The position numbers were made by a program, and so were the translations under genes. Shown in pieces: positions 63,033-64,000 of a DNA stretch of 64,000 nt. This DNA comes from Octopus sinensis (lineage: Eukaryota): contig NC_042997.1 in the NCBI RefSeq assembly GCF_006345805.1, forward strand, positions 44,888,001 to 44,952,000. Reading direction: 5' to 3'. Within the stretch, counting starts at the first letter, position 1, and each line of letters starts with the position of its first letter. The notes beneath the pieces are model-generated. The model worked only from the letters and a program-made list of their open reading frames with translations, made no database searches and had not been told where the DNA came from.

Positions 63033-64000
63033 CACCGTCACCGGTGATATCACTGTGACCAACCAGGCTATCAGATGATGTTACACATCGCTGGTCACAA
63101 TGCGCTTCACATTGTTTTAGCCTTGAAATGATGCCACCCCACTGGCTAAGCGAGCAGACCAACAGAAGAAAGGGTGAGAGAAAGTTGTGGTGAAAGAGTA
63201 CAGCAGGGATCACCACCACCCCCTGCCAGAGCCTCGTGGAGTTTTAGGAGTTTTCGCTCAATAAACACTCACAACGCCCGGTCTGGGAATCGAAACCGCG
63301 ATCCTACGACCGCGAGTCTGCTGCCCTAACCACTAGGCCATTGCACACATATATATATATATGTATTTATATATAAGGGACTGAAACTCCTTGGGGTCCG
63401 CTGTGCTTGAGAAAAGGTCAAGCTAAGTAAAATAATGGTTGTCCTTGATTACAGGCATGCCCCCTTCACCCTTCATCCGCTGAACATTCCAATTCTTGCA
63501 GGCTCATGAGTGTTGGTGCCAAATAAAAAGCGCTCATACCAGTGCCATGTAAAAGTGCCCAGTAAACTCTGTAAAGTGGTTGGCATTAGGAAGGGCATCC
63601 AGTGGTAGAAACCATGCCAAAACAAAAATGGGAGCCCAGATAGCTCTTCAGCTGGCTAGCTCTGGTCAAACTGTCCAACCCATGCCCACATGGAAAACAG
63701 ACATTAAATGATGATGATGATGATGATATAATCTGTCCTACTGTTATTCTCTTACATATGTATTAGTATCAAAGTTTCTCAATTTCAACAATACTTGTAA
63801 ACAATGCACTCATCCAGTTACCCATCAACCAACTCATATGAAACACAGATATTTAAATCAACAATGTTTGTCCAATTAGTAGCAAAAACTTCCTATAGGC
63901 TTGTTTAAAATGTAACAAACAACAAGCAAGGTAGATAACTTCATTAAGGTCAGATGACAGAAATCTTTGGACACAATACACAATGCGAATGGGAGTTGAT

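Overview
AT-rich (microsatellite- and retroposon-dense) eukaryotic genomic DNA; the SINE/LINE repertoire looks like an Octopus genome (inference from recognising the repeats, not checked). The only well-supported gene is the 3' end of a Sidekick (sdk) cell-adhesion gene on the minus strand. Five GT-AG exons splice in frame: 24697-24524 (C-half of the last FN3 repeat), 21440-21294 (TM helix), 16825-16687, 12211-12088 (SPPRPSP motif) and 8952-8689 (ends in the PDZ-binding GFSSFV*). The exon for the N-half of that FN3 repeat was not found; it may lie in the 100-N gap or beyond base 64000. The large intron upstream of 24697 holds candidate frame-preserving cassette/micro-exons; the best (28188-28123) would insert an RKKR proprotein-convertase site plus an N-glycosylation sequon into the membrane-proximal FN3 domain. 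The introns also contain three long palindromes and three different Penelope-type minimal hammerhead-ribozyme motifs with non-canonical cores; one is a compensatory U3-A8 variant lying in sense with the sdk pre-mRNA. An inverted SINE pair brackets the SPPRPSP exon. The rest is SINEs, RTE-like LINE fragments, mariner/Tc1 relics, piggyBac-type MITEs, Helitron-like elements and microsatellites. Nearly all ORFs in the supplied track are repeat artefacts.
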